From a bacterium (GTDB lineage: Bacteria > Patescibacteriota > Microgenomatia > JAADGY01): a stretch of DNA of 24,528 nt. Shown in pieces: positions 7,184 to 15,230 of the stretch. A model generated the notes under the pieces. It was not told where the DNA came from. It saw only the letters and a list, made by a program, of their open reading frames with translations, and made no database searches. The stretch's first letter is position 1. Every line of letters begins with the position of its first letter. The stretch spans positions 1 through 24,528 of the forward strand of contig JAADGY010000061.1 in the NCBI GenBank assembly GCA_013152165.1, read 5' to 3'. Position numbers and translations under genes: made by a program.

Positions 7184-8674
7184 ATGGATAGTTTGGTTGA
7201 TTTTAAGGGTTTGCGGAGAGTTTTTGTGGTTATCAGCGCAGTCGGGGTGATTGGTTTGGTTGGCTGGGGGGTGTGGCAGAAATTGATTGTTAAGAGACCA
7301 TCTGTTTTTGTTGTTTCTAGGGGTTCACGGGGCGGGGGAGCTGGAAGCGCTTCACAGGCTCGGCAGTTGTTGGGAAAGAAAGTAACCGCTTTTGCTAGTT
7401 TCCCCGGAGGATCCGGAAGCTGGTTTATCGGAACAGAGGATGGGCTGTATGTGCGCCGATGGAACAACAAGGTAGAAAAAATAGCCTTAATCCCGATGAA
7501 GGGCAAGGTGCGGGTTGAAAAAATTAAGATATTAAACGGCGATAAACCGGTGGTGTTTGTTTCTTTTAAAGAAAATGTCAAGATCGATCCTAATGCCAGG
7601 ATAGGAGGCCCTGGGCCCAGTTGGCTGCCGTCGCGGCTGCTTTACAGCTATAATGAGGGCTATACCTGGACGGTGCCGGTTCCCAATCTATCGACGATGT
7701 ATGTTAGGGACGTGGTGATTGACAGGCAAAATAAAGGAGTGATGGTGGTGTCTGATTATGGGGCCTTGATAAGCACTAATAGAGGGGGGAGATGGAAAAG
7801 CTTAGTGGGACTGCCCCGCAGTTCTCATAAGAGCGCCTTTTTAACAAGCGGATACTTAGATATTGGCAATAAAACCGTTTGGCTGGGGGGTGTTGGCAGT
7901 TACTTTTTAGGCAGAAGGGTTGACACTGACTGGTCGCAGGATGATTACCGGAGATTTAAGTGGAGGTGGTTTTCGTACAAAGATTTTGTGGTAAGGCTGG
8001 CCGGGGTTGACTGCAAAAGAGAGGTTTTGCCGAATAATGAAAGTTTATGCCGATATTATTATGTCAGGTCTATAGGAATTGATCCGAATAATTCAGGCCA
8101 CATAATGGTTAATGTGGGCAATTATGCCAGCAGCGGACGGGGCATTGGCTTTTATGAGAGCAAGGATAACGGAGCTAGCTGGCGCTATGTAGGCGAGGTG
8201 GTAAATGATGTCTTTAAGTATATGTTCGGCGGCAATGAGAGCATGTCGAATGTTTACCCTGGGAAGGTGGTCCCAGCTTCACCGGCGCCGACGCGAGCAA
8301 AAAAACCAACTCCGACTTTGACTCCGGTCCCGACCCGGGTGGTTAGAAGGCCGACCCCTACCCCGCCCAGGCGAGGTTTTTATTTTATCGGCCGTCCAAG
8401 CTGCCGCTTTATTAAACGCGGCGGCGGCTATTACCAAGCTAGGGTGGTTTTTAGGACTAGCCAGTGGAACCCGACTTATGTAATAAAGGCAAGCGGCAGG
8501 GGGCGCTTGTATCGATTAGGGTCTATTTATTGGCGAAACCGGTCTTTGAATAGGGTGAGTTTTTCAAGAGGGGTGAGGTTAGCCGGCCCCGGTTGGTATT
8601 CTGTTTGGGTAGAGGCTTGGAATCGGGGCAGAAGAGTTAAAACAAGCGCTAGGGTAAGCTGTTTTGCCCGCTAA
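7184..8674 (+). CDS. Membrane-anchored surface protein: Asp-box/BNR beta-propeller-like region, Pro/Thr linker, Arg-rich C-terminal domain
   Basis: N-terminal hydrophobic helix; Asp-box-like SYNEGYTW, STNRGGRW, SKDNGASW; linker PTPTLTPVPT..PTPTPP. Confidence 0.75.
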   Translation: MDSLVDFKGLRRVFVVISAVGVIGLVGWGVWQKLIVKRPSVFVVSRGSRGGGAGSASQARQLLGKKVTAFASFPGGSGSWFIGTEDGLYVRRWNNKVEKIALIPMKGKVRVEKIKILNGDKPVVFVSFKENVKIDPNARIGGPGPSWLPSRLLYSYNEGYTWTVPVPNLSTMYVRDVVIDRQNKGVMVVSDYGALISTNRGGRWKSLVGLPRSSHKSAFLTSGYLDIGNKTVWLGGVGSYFLGRRVDTDWSQDDYRRFKWRWFSYKDFVVRLAGVDCKREVLPNNESLCRYYYVRSIGIDPNNSGHIMVNVGNYASSGRGIGFYESKDNGASWRYVGEVVNDVFKYMFGGNESMSNVYPGKVVPASPAPTRAKKPTPTLTPVPTRVVRRPTPTPPRRGFYFIGRPSCRFIKRGGGYYQARVVFRTSQWNPTYVIKASGRGRLYRLGSIYWRNRSLNRVSFSRGVRLAGPGWYSVWVEAWNRGRRVKTSARVSCFAR

Positions 8675-8721
8675 GGTTTTGGGACTGGATTAATCAAGCG
8701 ATTGGTTGGTAAAATGATTGT

Positions 8722-11379
8722 ATGTATGTCAGTTATGATTGGAACCGCGAGTCGCTTAAAAAAAGCAAAAAGAGGCGAAGCTTAAGGCGCCGGCGAAGAA
8801 GCAAGCTGAGTTTGCCAAGGCTAAGGTGGTCGCAGGTCTTGTTAATCTTTTTATCCTTAAGTCTGGTTGGCGTTTTATTGGGGTTTTTGGGAATTTCGGC
8901 CCTGTTTGCTTATTATGCCAAAGACTTGCCTAATCCCAACAAAGTCCAACGCCGAGAAGGCTACTCGACGCAGATATTTGATCGGAACGGGGTGCTTTTG
9001 TACAGTTTGTACGCCGATGAGAATCGGGAGCCGGTTCGATTGGACGAGGTGCCGCTGTTTTTGCGCCAAGCGACGATAGCCACCGAAGATCAGAATTTCT
9101 ATAAACATCCAGGGTTTGATTTGAAAGGGATTGTTCGGGCCTTTGTCAAAACAGTTTTTTTCGGCCAGGTTCAGGGAGGATCGACTTTGACTCAGCAGCT
9201 GGTTAAAAATGTTTTACTGTCTTCAGAAAGAACGCTGCCGCGCAAGATTAAAGAGCTGATACTAACGGTTCAGATAGAAAAAAAATACAGCAAGGATGAG
9301 ATACTCCAGATGTATTTAAACGAGGCGCCGTATGGAGGGCAGGCTTGGGGAGTCAAGGCGGCGGCTTATCAGTATTTTGGCAAAGAGGTTAAGGATTTAA
9401 ACTTGGCCGAGAGTACGATTTTAGCCGGTCTGCCCCAGTCACCGACTAGATACTCGCAGAATTTTAAGCTGCTAAAAGCCAGACAAAAGCACGTGCTAAA
9501 ACGGATGGTCGAGGATGGTTATATAACTAAAGATCAAGCTAAAAAGGCTTATGATCAGGAAGTTGGATTTAAGATTAGGGGCAATGTTTTAAGGGCGCCC
9601 CACTTTGTTATGTATGTGCGGGAGCTGTTGGCCAAAAAATACGGCGAGGAAAGGGTTTTAAAAGGCGGCTTTAGGGTGACGACGACGTTGGATTATAAAC
9701 TGCAGGAGTTTGCCGAGAAAGCGGTTAAGGATGAGATAGAAAAGGTTCGCAGATTCAATATCACCAACGCCGGAGTGGTGGTGGTTGATCCTGAAACCGG
9801 GGAGGTTTTAGCTATGGTTGGCTCTTATGACTATTTTGCTGATGATTATGACGGCCAGTATAATGTAACGCTAGCCTTAAGGCAGCCCGGTTCGGCGATA
9901 AAGCCGGTAACTTATGCGACGGCGTTTAGGCAGGGAATGTACCCATCAAAAATGATCGTTGATGCGCCGACGGTGTTTGTGTCGGAAGGGGGCAAGGATT
10001 ACAAACCGGTTAATTATGACGGCAAATTTCATGGCCCGGTGTCTTTAAGAACCGCTTTGGGCAGCTCGTTGAATATACCGGCGGTGAAGCTGTTGGCTAG
10101 AGTGGGAATAAAAGAAATGCTGAATACGGCGGCTGATTTGGGCCTGGCAACGCTGGCGCCGACGACTAAGAATTTGAAAAGATTTGGCTTGTCAGTAACA
10201 TTGGGCGGCGGCGAGGTCAGGCTTTTGGATTTGGCCGAGGCCTATAGCGTGTTTGCTAACGGCGGATACAAGGTGAAACCGCAGGCGGTTTTAGAGATTA
10301 AGGATGTCAATGGGCAGGTGGTCGAGCGGTTTAAGCCAGAGAAGCGGCAGCGGGTGATTTCGGCCGGAGTGGCTTTTTTGATAAACTCGATTTTATCTGA
10401 TAATACAGCTAGATTATTAACCTTTGGCCGGCGGAGCGCCATATATATTGCCAAACACCAGGTGGCGGTTAAGACTGGGACGACTAATGACAAGCGGGAT
10501 AACTGGACGATCGGTTGGACGCCTAAGGTGTTGGTTGGGGTTTGGGTAGGAAACAATGACAACTCATCGATGAAGCGGATAGCCTCTGGGGTGACCGGGG
10601 CGGCGCCGATTTGGCGGAGGATTATTTTGGAAAAGTTAAAGGACTTGCCGGTTCAGCAGTTTGAAAAACCGGATGAAGTGGTCGAAAAAGAAGTGGATGT
10701 TATATCCGGCTATCCAGCCCATGATGGCTTTTTGTCAAGAAAGGATTATTTTATTAAAGGTACGGAACCGATAGGCAAAGACCCGATCCATACAAGGATT
10801 AAGGTGTGCAAAGGCGATCCCAACAAACTGGCCGGCGAGGCGCTGGTGGCGGCCGGCGAGTATGTAGAAAAAGAAGCGGTTATTTTAAGGGAAAGCGATC
10901 CGCTGAGCAAGGATGGCAAGAATAGATGGCAGGAGGGGATTGATGCTTGGATTGCTTCCCAGACTGATGAGAGGTACAAGGTGCCAAAAGAGTACTGCGA
11001 CGATAAAGTGCTTATTAATTTTGATGAGTATTCTGATAAGCAAAGGATTGACCAGAATGATATTAACTTAAAGTTTAAGGTGCTAACGTCAAGGGGGATT
11101 GAGAGAGTTAGGCTGTTGGTTGATGGTGATCAGCGGAAAGAGTGGCAGGAGGATAAAAAAAGGTACGAGGCTGATTTGTATTTAGCCGACGGCCGGAGGC
11201 AGATAAAGATCGAGGTCGAGTTAAAAGGCGGCGGCCGGGCTGAAAATTATCTGCGTTTGGCGGTTAAGCGGGATTGGGACGAGCCGACCCCAACGCCAAA
11301 ACCGACAGATACCCCGACGCCGACGCCGACTGCGGTATTAACTCCCACCCCGACTGCCACGGTGACACCGACACCGTAG
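8722..11379 (+). CDS. Class A (PBP1A-family) bifunctional transglycosylase/transpeptidase with C-terminal extension and PT tail
   Basis: TG motifs EDQNFYKHPG, GGSTLTQQLVKN, RKIKE, KDEILQMYLN; TP motifs SAIK, SLN, KTG; terminal (PT)n. Confidence 0.95.
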   Translation: MYVSYDWNRESLKKSKKRRSLRRRRRSKLSLPRLRWSQVLLIFLSLSLVGVLLGFLGISALFAYYAKDLPNPNKVQRREGYSTQIFDRNGVLLYSLYADENREPVRLDEVPLFLRQATIATEDQNFYKHPGFDLKGIVRAFVKTVFFGQVQGGSTLTQQLVKNVLLSSERTLPRKIKELILTVQIEKKYSKDEILQMYLNEAPYGGQAWGVKAAAYQYFGKEVKDLNLAESTILAGLPQSPTRYSQNFKLLKARQKHVLKRMVEDGYITKDQAKKAYDQEVGFKIRGNVLRAPHFVMYVRELLAKKYGEERVLKGGFRVTTTLDYKLQEFAEKAVKDEIEKVRRFNITNAGVVVVDPETGEVLAMVGSYDYFADDYDGQYNVTLALRQPGSAIKPVTYATAFRQGMYPSKMIVDAPTVFVSEGGKDYKPVNYDGKFHGPVSLRTALGSSLNIPAVKLLARVGIKEMLNTAADLGLATLAPTTKNLKRFGLSVTLGGGEVRLLDLAEAYSVFANGGYKVKPQAVLEIKDVNGQVVERFKPEKRQRVISAGVAFLINSILSDNTARLLTFGRRSAIYIAKHQVAVKTGTTNDKRDNWTIGWTPKVLVGVWVGNNDNSSMKRIASGVTGAAPIWRRIILEKLKDLPVQQFEKPDEVVEKEVDVISGYPAHDGFLSRKDYFIKGTEPIGKDPIHTRIKVCKGDPNKLAGEALVAAGEYVEKEAVILRESDPLSKDGKNRWQEGIDAWIASQTDERYKVPKEYCDDKVLINFDEYSDKQRIDQNDINLKFKVLTSRGIERVRLLVDGDQRKEWQEDKKRYEADLYLADGRRQIKIEVELKGGGRAENYLRLAVKRDWDEPTPTPKPTDTPTPTPTAVLTPTPTATVTPTP

Positions 11380-11405
11380 TGGAAAATTCGAATACCAAAT
11401 ATCGC

Positions 11406-11475
11406 CCGCCAGAGGCGGTTCCGCCTTTGGCAAGATACACCCGCCTTCGGCGAGGTTATATCCGCCTGTGGCGGA
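11406..11475. repeat. Cluster of four CCGCC-NNN-GGCGG mini-palindromes
   Basis: CCGCCAGAGGCGG 11406, CCGCCTTTGGC 11421, CCGCCTTCGGCG 11441, TCCGCCTGTGGCGGA 11461. Confidence 0.8.
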
Positions 11476-11614
11476 AAATTCGCATGATCAAATGACAAAA
11501 ACACCATTCCTGAGAGGTAAGTTCTAATTTCAACCCTGAACCAGAACCAAGAATGTATCGCGACCTGAGCATTTGGCGGTGGGGATTAGAAGCACTTTGT
11601 TAATATATTGATAT

Positions 11615-12100
11615 ATGATAGATCAACTTAGACAGGTTGATGGAGAGCAAAGAGAGCGGCAAATATTATTGCAACAGTTTATTGAGCAGGTGTGGGAAGG
11701 ATTGCCGAAGATGTTGTTGTCATTACCTTTGTGTGAGAGATGGTGTGTGGTAAAAAAATTACATGCGCCAAGATTGGCGGTGTTTGGGAAAAGGTTAGCT
11801 TTTAATCAGTGGATCAGGCAAGCAGTGGAGTAGGCACAACAGGCGGTTCCTTCCCGCGAAATTAATGAGGCGATGGCGAGGGTAGAGATAACAAATTTGG
11901 TTTTGTGGGAGGTGTTAAAGCGGAAAGGATTGGTGGGGTTAGGTGAGGGAGGTAGATACGTGATAGATGAACAGGTGCAAAGTTTAGTTGAAATAATGAG
12001 TGTATTAAATAATTTTATTCCATGGAGATATGGAGTCAGGCCAGAAGATGTGAGAGTGGAAGTTTTTAGAAAAGCTTTGGAGGAATTAGAGACCCTGTAA
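11615..12100 (+). pseudogene. Hypothetical 161-codon frame interrupted by one in-frame TAG (11831-11833)
   Basis: ORFs 11615-11833 and 11873-12100 share a frame and are joined by 13 sense codons; no family recognised. Confidence 0.45.
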
Positions 12101-12161
12101 GCCTTTGGTGTATTAAACCTATCGGGAGCTGATAGTGATTTGGGAGAAAGGTAAGAAAGAG

Positions 12162-12515
12162 TTATTTGTGGGCAGTGATGCTTTGGACTAGTTTTTTGAA
12201 AGCTTCGGGTTGGTTTACGGCCATTTCAGATAAGGTTTTGCGGTTTAAGTTGATGTTTTGTTTTTTTAGCTTGTTAATAAATTCAGAGTATTTAGTGCCG
12301 ACTTGACGCAGAGCGATGTTTAATCGAGTAATCCATAAGCGCCTAAATTGGCGTTTGCGAAGCTTGCGGCCGGCAAAGGCATATTGTCCGGCGTGCAAAA
12401 CAGCCTCGTGGGCGACTTTGTAAAGCCGATGGCGAGTCATGCGGTAGCCTTTGGCGGCTTTCAAGATTTTTTTGTGACGGCGCCGCCTGATGATTCCGGT
12501 TTTAACACGAGTCAT
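12162..12515 (-). CDS. rplT: 50S ribosomal protein L20
   Basis: MTRVKTG..RRRHKKILKAAKGY; RKRQFRRLWITRLN; follows rpmI. Confidence 0.97.
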   Translation of the reverse strand: MTRVKTGIIRRRRHKKILKAAKGYRMTRHRLYKVAHEAVLHAGQYAFAGRKLRKRQFRRLWITRLNIALRQVGTKYSEFINKLKKQNINLNRKTLSEMAVNQPEAFKKLVQSITAHK

Positions 12516-12520
12516 TGTAG

Positions 12521-12730
12521 TTAAACTCCTAAATACTTTATTACCTTTTTAGCCCAAACACCTTTAAGCAGGGCTAGTTTTTTGTAGCGCCTTTTTTGGC
12601 TTTTGGATTTTTTACGCATTAAGTGATTGCCAAAAGCAACTCGGTGAAGAACTTTGCCGGTTTTGGTCACCTTAAAGCGCTTCAAAAATGATTTTTTTGA
12701 TTTTAGTTTGGTTTTGGTTGGTGTCTTCAT
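12521..12730 (-). CDS. rpmI: 50S ribosomal protein L35
   Basis: KLKSKKSFLKRFKVTKTGKV..HLMRKKS; ATGA overlap with the infC stop. Confidence 0.93.
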   Translation of the reverse strand: MKTPTKTKLKSKKSFLKRFKVTKTGKVLHRVAFGNHLMRKKSKSQKRRYKKLALLKGVWAKKVIKYLGV

Positions 12731-13239
12731 TTCTTTTTTGGCCCCAGGGTGGTTATTAGCCGGCGGCCGATTAATTTGGCCGGCTGTTCCACCACGGCCG
12801 TATCTTGTAAATTTTCAAGAACCTTTTGCAAGGTTTTATGGCCGAAATCTTTATAGTTAATAGTTCGACCTGTAAATTTTACCACAACTTTAACTTTATG
12901 TCCCTCTTCCATAAACTCAGCCGCCCGCTGGCAAAGCCGATTAAGGTCGTTTTGGCCAATAAATGGGGTTAATCTAATTTCTTTTAGGTCTTTTGATTTG
13001 ACCTTGGATTTCTTGTGTTTTTTAGCTTCTAGGTATTTGAACTTGGCGTAGTCTATGAGTTTACAGACTGGGGGTTTGGCTTTGGAAGTAATCTCGACCA
13101 GATCAACGTTTTGTTGCTGGGCTAGTTTGAGGGCTTCGGGCAATGACAAGATTCCGATTTGCTTGCCCTCGGCGTCGATAACTCTTACCTGATTGGCTTT
13201 AATTTGATGATTGATGCGGTGGTAAAGGCGTTTATTCAT
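12727..13239 (-). CDS. infC: Translation initiation factor IF-3
   Basis: INHQIKANQVRVIDAEG, DLVEI..PPVCKLIDY, KEIRL..KVKV; thrS-infC-rpmI-rplT order. Confidence 0.96.
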   Translation of the reverse strand: MNKRLYHRINHQIKANQVRVIDAEGKQIGILSLPEALKLAQQQNVDLVEITSKAKPPVCKLIDYAKFKYLEAKKHKKSKVKSKDLKEIRLTPFIGQNDLNRLCQRAAEFMEEGHKVKVVVKFTGRTINYKDFGHKTLQKVLENLQDTAVVEQPAKLIGRRLITTLGPKKK

Positions 13240-13245
13240 TAGGGT

Positions 13246-14988
13246 TTAACAGCTTAACTTGGCTGATTTGCGGTCGATTTCGGCTTGGAGGTCTGCAAGA
13301 AAAGATTCAAGGTTTATGTTATTAAGTTGCTTTCCCTGGCGGGTGCGGATTGATATTTGTTGATTTTCCATTTCTTTGTCGCCTATTATTATAGCATAGG
13401 GAATTTTGGCTTCTTGGAAGAAACGAAGCCGGCGGTTAAGCGAGCCTTCGGTTTTTAAGACTGAGCGGATGGAGCGGGATTGGAGTTGATCAAAGATGTT
13501 ATCGGCGTATTGATTGTGCTTGTCGCTTATCGGCAGGACCCAGACCTGTTCAGGAGACAGCCAGGTGGGGAAGGCACCGGCGAAGTGTTCGATAAGGATG
13601 CCGATAAACCTTTCGATCGAGCCCATGATGGCGGCATGAATCATAACCACCCTTTCCTTTTCACCTTTTTCATTGATGCAGAAAAGGTCGAATCTTTCGG
13701 GCATATTGATGTCAAGCTGAATGGTAGCTACCTGCCATTGGCGGTTGAGCGAATCGCGGGAGATGAAATCGATTTTAGGGCCGTAAAAAGCGGCTTCACC
13801 GGCGGCTATCGAAAAATCCTGGGTGTTTTTTTGGGCGATTTGGCGGATGATTTTTTCGGCTTGTTGCCAAAGTTGAGGGGTGCCAAGGTAGTTATCGAAG
13901 CTTTTAGGATCATGGAAAGAAAGCCTAACCTGAAGCGGGAAGTCAAAAGTTTTGTAAAAAGTGTTGACGACGTCCCAGATTGAAGAGATCTCTGACTCTA
14001 TTTGATTAAAACGGCAAAAGACATGAGCATCATCTTGAGTAATGGATCTAACTCGGGTTAAGCCGCCAAGCTCGCCGGTTTGTTCGTCGCGATAGACCAT
14101 GGTAGTTTCGGCGTAGCGTTGGGGCAGTTCTTTATAGCTTCTTTGGCGGCTGGCGTAAATTTGGGTGTGGTGGGGGCAGTTCATGGGCTTTAAGGCCAGC
14201 AGGTGGCCTTCGCGGGTTTTGATTTTAAACAATTCATCGGCAAATTTTTGCCAGTGGCCGCTTTTTTCATAGAGGTCTTTTTTGGTAATGTGGGGAATAA
14301 CGACTTTTTGGTAGCCTTTTTGGGATCGAAGTTGCCAGACAAAGTTGTCCAGGAGGCTGCGGATAAGGGTGCCTTTGGGCGTCCAAAGCGGCAGGCCGGG
14401 GCCGACAAGGGAGGAAAAGGTAAATAAATCTAGCTGGGGCCCAAGTTTTTTATGGTCCCGTTTTTTAGCCTCTTCAAGCTGGGCAAGGTAGCGGTCGAGT
14501 TCTTCTTGAGTAAAAAAGCAGGTGCCGTAGATGCGGGTTAGCATTTTGTTTTTTTGATCGCCGCGCCAGTAAGCGCCGGCAACTGAAAGAAGCTTGAAGT
14601 GCTTGATTGCTTTGTTGGGCTTATCTATGTGTCCGCCTCGGCACAGATCGATAAAATCACCTGATTTGTAGACGGTGATGGGCTGGTTGTCTTTTTGAAG
14701 CTCATCGATTAGTTCAAGTTTGAAGGGATTGTTTTTAAAAAGCTGGCGGGCCTTTTGGCAGGAAAGTTGCTGCTTTTCAAACTTGGACCAGTTTTTGACG
14801 ATTTTTTTCATGCGCTTTTCGATTTTTGGCAGGTCTGCTTGCGAGATCGGCTGAGGCAAATCAAAATCATAGTAAAAACCATCGTCGATTACCGGTCCGA
14901 TGGTTGGTTTGGCATCAGGCCACAAAGAAACCACGGCGGCGGCTAAAAGATGGGCGCATGAATGGCGAAGTTTGTCTAAATCGTTCAT
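13246..14988 (-). CDS. thrS: Threonine--tRNA ligase (lacks the N-terminal TGS domain)
   Basis: Editing domain RHSCAHLLA/DLCRGGH, KPMNCPHH, motif 2 YRDEQTGELGGLTRVR, AAFYGPKID, HAAIMGSIERF; start 14988 because the longer ORF runs through the terminator. Confidence 0.97.
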   Translation of the reverse strand: MNDLDKLRHSCAHLLAAAVVSLWPDAKPTIGPVIDDGFYYDFDLPQPISQADLPKIEKRMKKIVKNWSKFEKQQLSCQKARQLFKNNPFKLELIDELQKDNQPITVYKSGDFIDLCRGGHIDKPNKAIKHFKLLSVAGAYWRGDQKNKMLTRIYGTCFFTQEELDRYLAQLEEAKKRDHKKLGPQLDLFTFSSLVGPGLPLWTPKGTLIRSLLDNFVWQLRSQKGYQKVVIPHITKKDLYEKSGHWQKFADELFKIKTREGHLLALKPMNCPHHTQIYASRQRSYKELPQRYAETTMVYRDEQTGELGGLTRVRSITQDDAHVFCRFNQIESEISSIWDVVNTFYKTFDFPLQVRLSFHDPKSFDNYLGTPQLWQQAEKIIRQIAQKNTQDFSIAAGEAAFYGPKIDFISRDSLNRQWQVATIQLDINMPERFDLFCINEKGEKERVVMIHAAIMGSIERFIGILIEHFAGAFPTWLSPEQVWVLPISDKHNQYADNIFDQLQSRSIRSVLKTEGSLNRRLRFFQEAKIPYAIIIGDKEMENQQISIRTRQGKQLNNINLESFLADLQAEIDRKSAKLSC

Positions 14989-14999
14989 TTTGTATTTAT

Positions 15000-15022
15000 A
15001 AAAAAACCTCCCGGTGGGGAGG
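15000..15022 (-). terminator. Intrinsic terminator (attenuator 3:4 helix) 11 nt upstream of the thrS ATG
   Basis: Minus strand CCTCCC-CACC-GGGAGG followed by T7. Confidence 0.85.
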
Positions 15023-15048
15023 GTGGATGTCAACCACTACCCTACCCC
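15016..15048 (-). promoter_or_regulatory. Antiterminator (2:3 helix) of the thrS attenuator
   Basis: GGGG-T-AGGGT (15048-15039) pairs with ACCCT-CCCC (15024-15016), sequestering the terminator left arm. Confidence 0.7.
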
Positions 15049-15055
15049 GCTTGTT

Positions 15056-15103
15056 TTAAGCGGTGGTAAATAAGATAGTGGTGTGGTTGGCTGTAGACAG
15101 CAT
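15056..15103 (-). CDS. Thr-rich leader peptide of thrS (MLSTANHTTILFTTA), not in ORF track
   Basis: ATG CTG TCT ACA GCC AAC CAC ACC ACT ATC TTA TTT ACC ACC GCT TAA: 5 Thr in 15 codons including two tandem pairs, upstream of a terminator and thrS. Confidence 0.8.
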   Translation of the reverse strand: MLSTANHTTILFTTA

Positions 15104-15110
15104 TAATTGT

Positions 15111-15138
15111 ATTTTAAAGCAGGAGGAGTTAATGTCAA
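15111..15138 (-). promoter_or_regulatory. Sigma70-type promoter of the thrS leader
   Basis: TTGACA (15138-15133), 16 nt, TAAAAT (15116-15111), 7 nt, leader ATG. Confidence 0.7.
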
Positions 15139-15230
15139 GGGCCGGCAAGGTTGTTTAGGCTTGGGCTTGGGGTTGTGAATTTTAATCAACAGGCGGCTGG
15201 CTTAAGCTGGCGGTGTGGCATAATTGTAGT

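Noticed and set aside
11831-11833. Genome-wide stop-codon reassignment
   Set aside because: TAG ends PBP1A, parB and rodA/ftsW, TGA ends infC, and conserved genes have no internal stops
12119-12135. Hairpin CTATCGG-GAG-CTGATAG between convergent genes as a terminator
   Set aside because: Short, AT-rich stem without a clear U-tract on either strand
14989-15033. ORF-track thrS start at 15033
   Set aside because: The extension runs through the terminator hairpin and U-tract; homology starts at MNDLDKLRHS (14988)
15028-15033. Second TTGACA inside the thrS leader as a promoter
   Set aside because: No -10-like hexamer 16-18 nt downstream (GAGGTT region)
15000-15110. T-box riboswitch upstream of thrS
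   Set aside because: The leader is only ~115 nt, with no stem I/specifier loop and no UGGNACC bulge; the Thr-rich sORF explains the structure better
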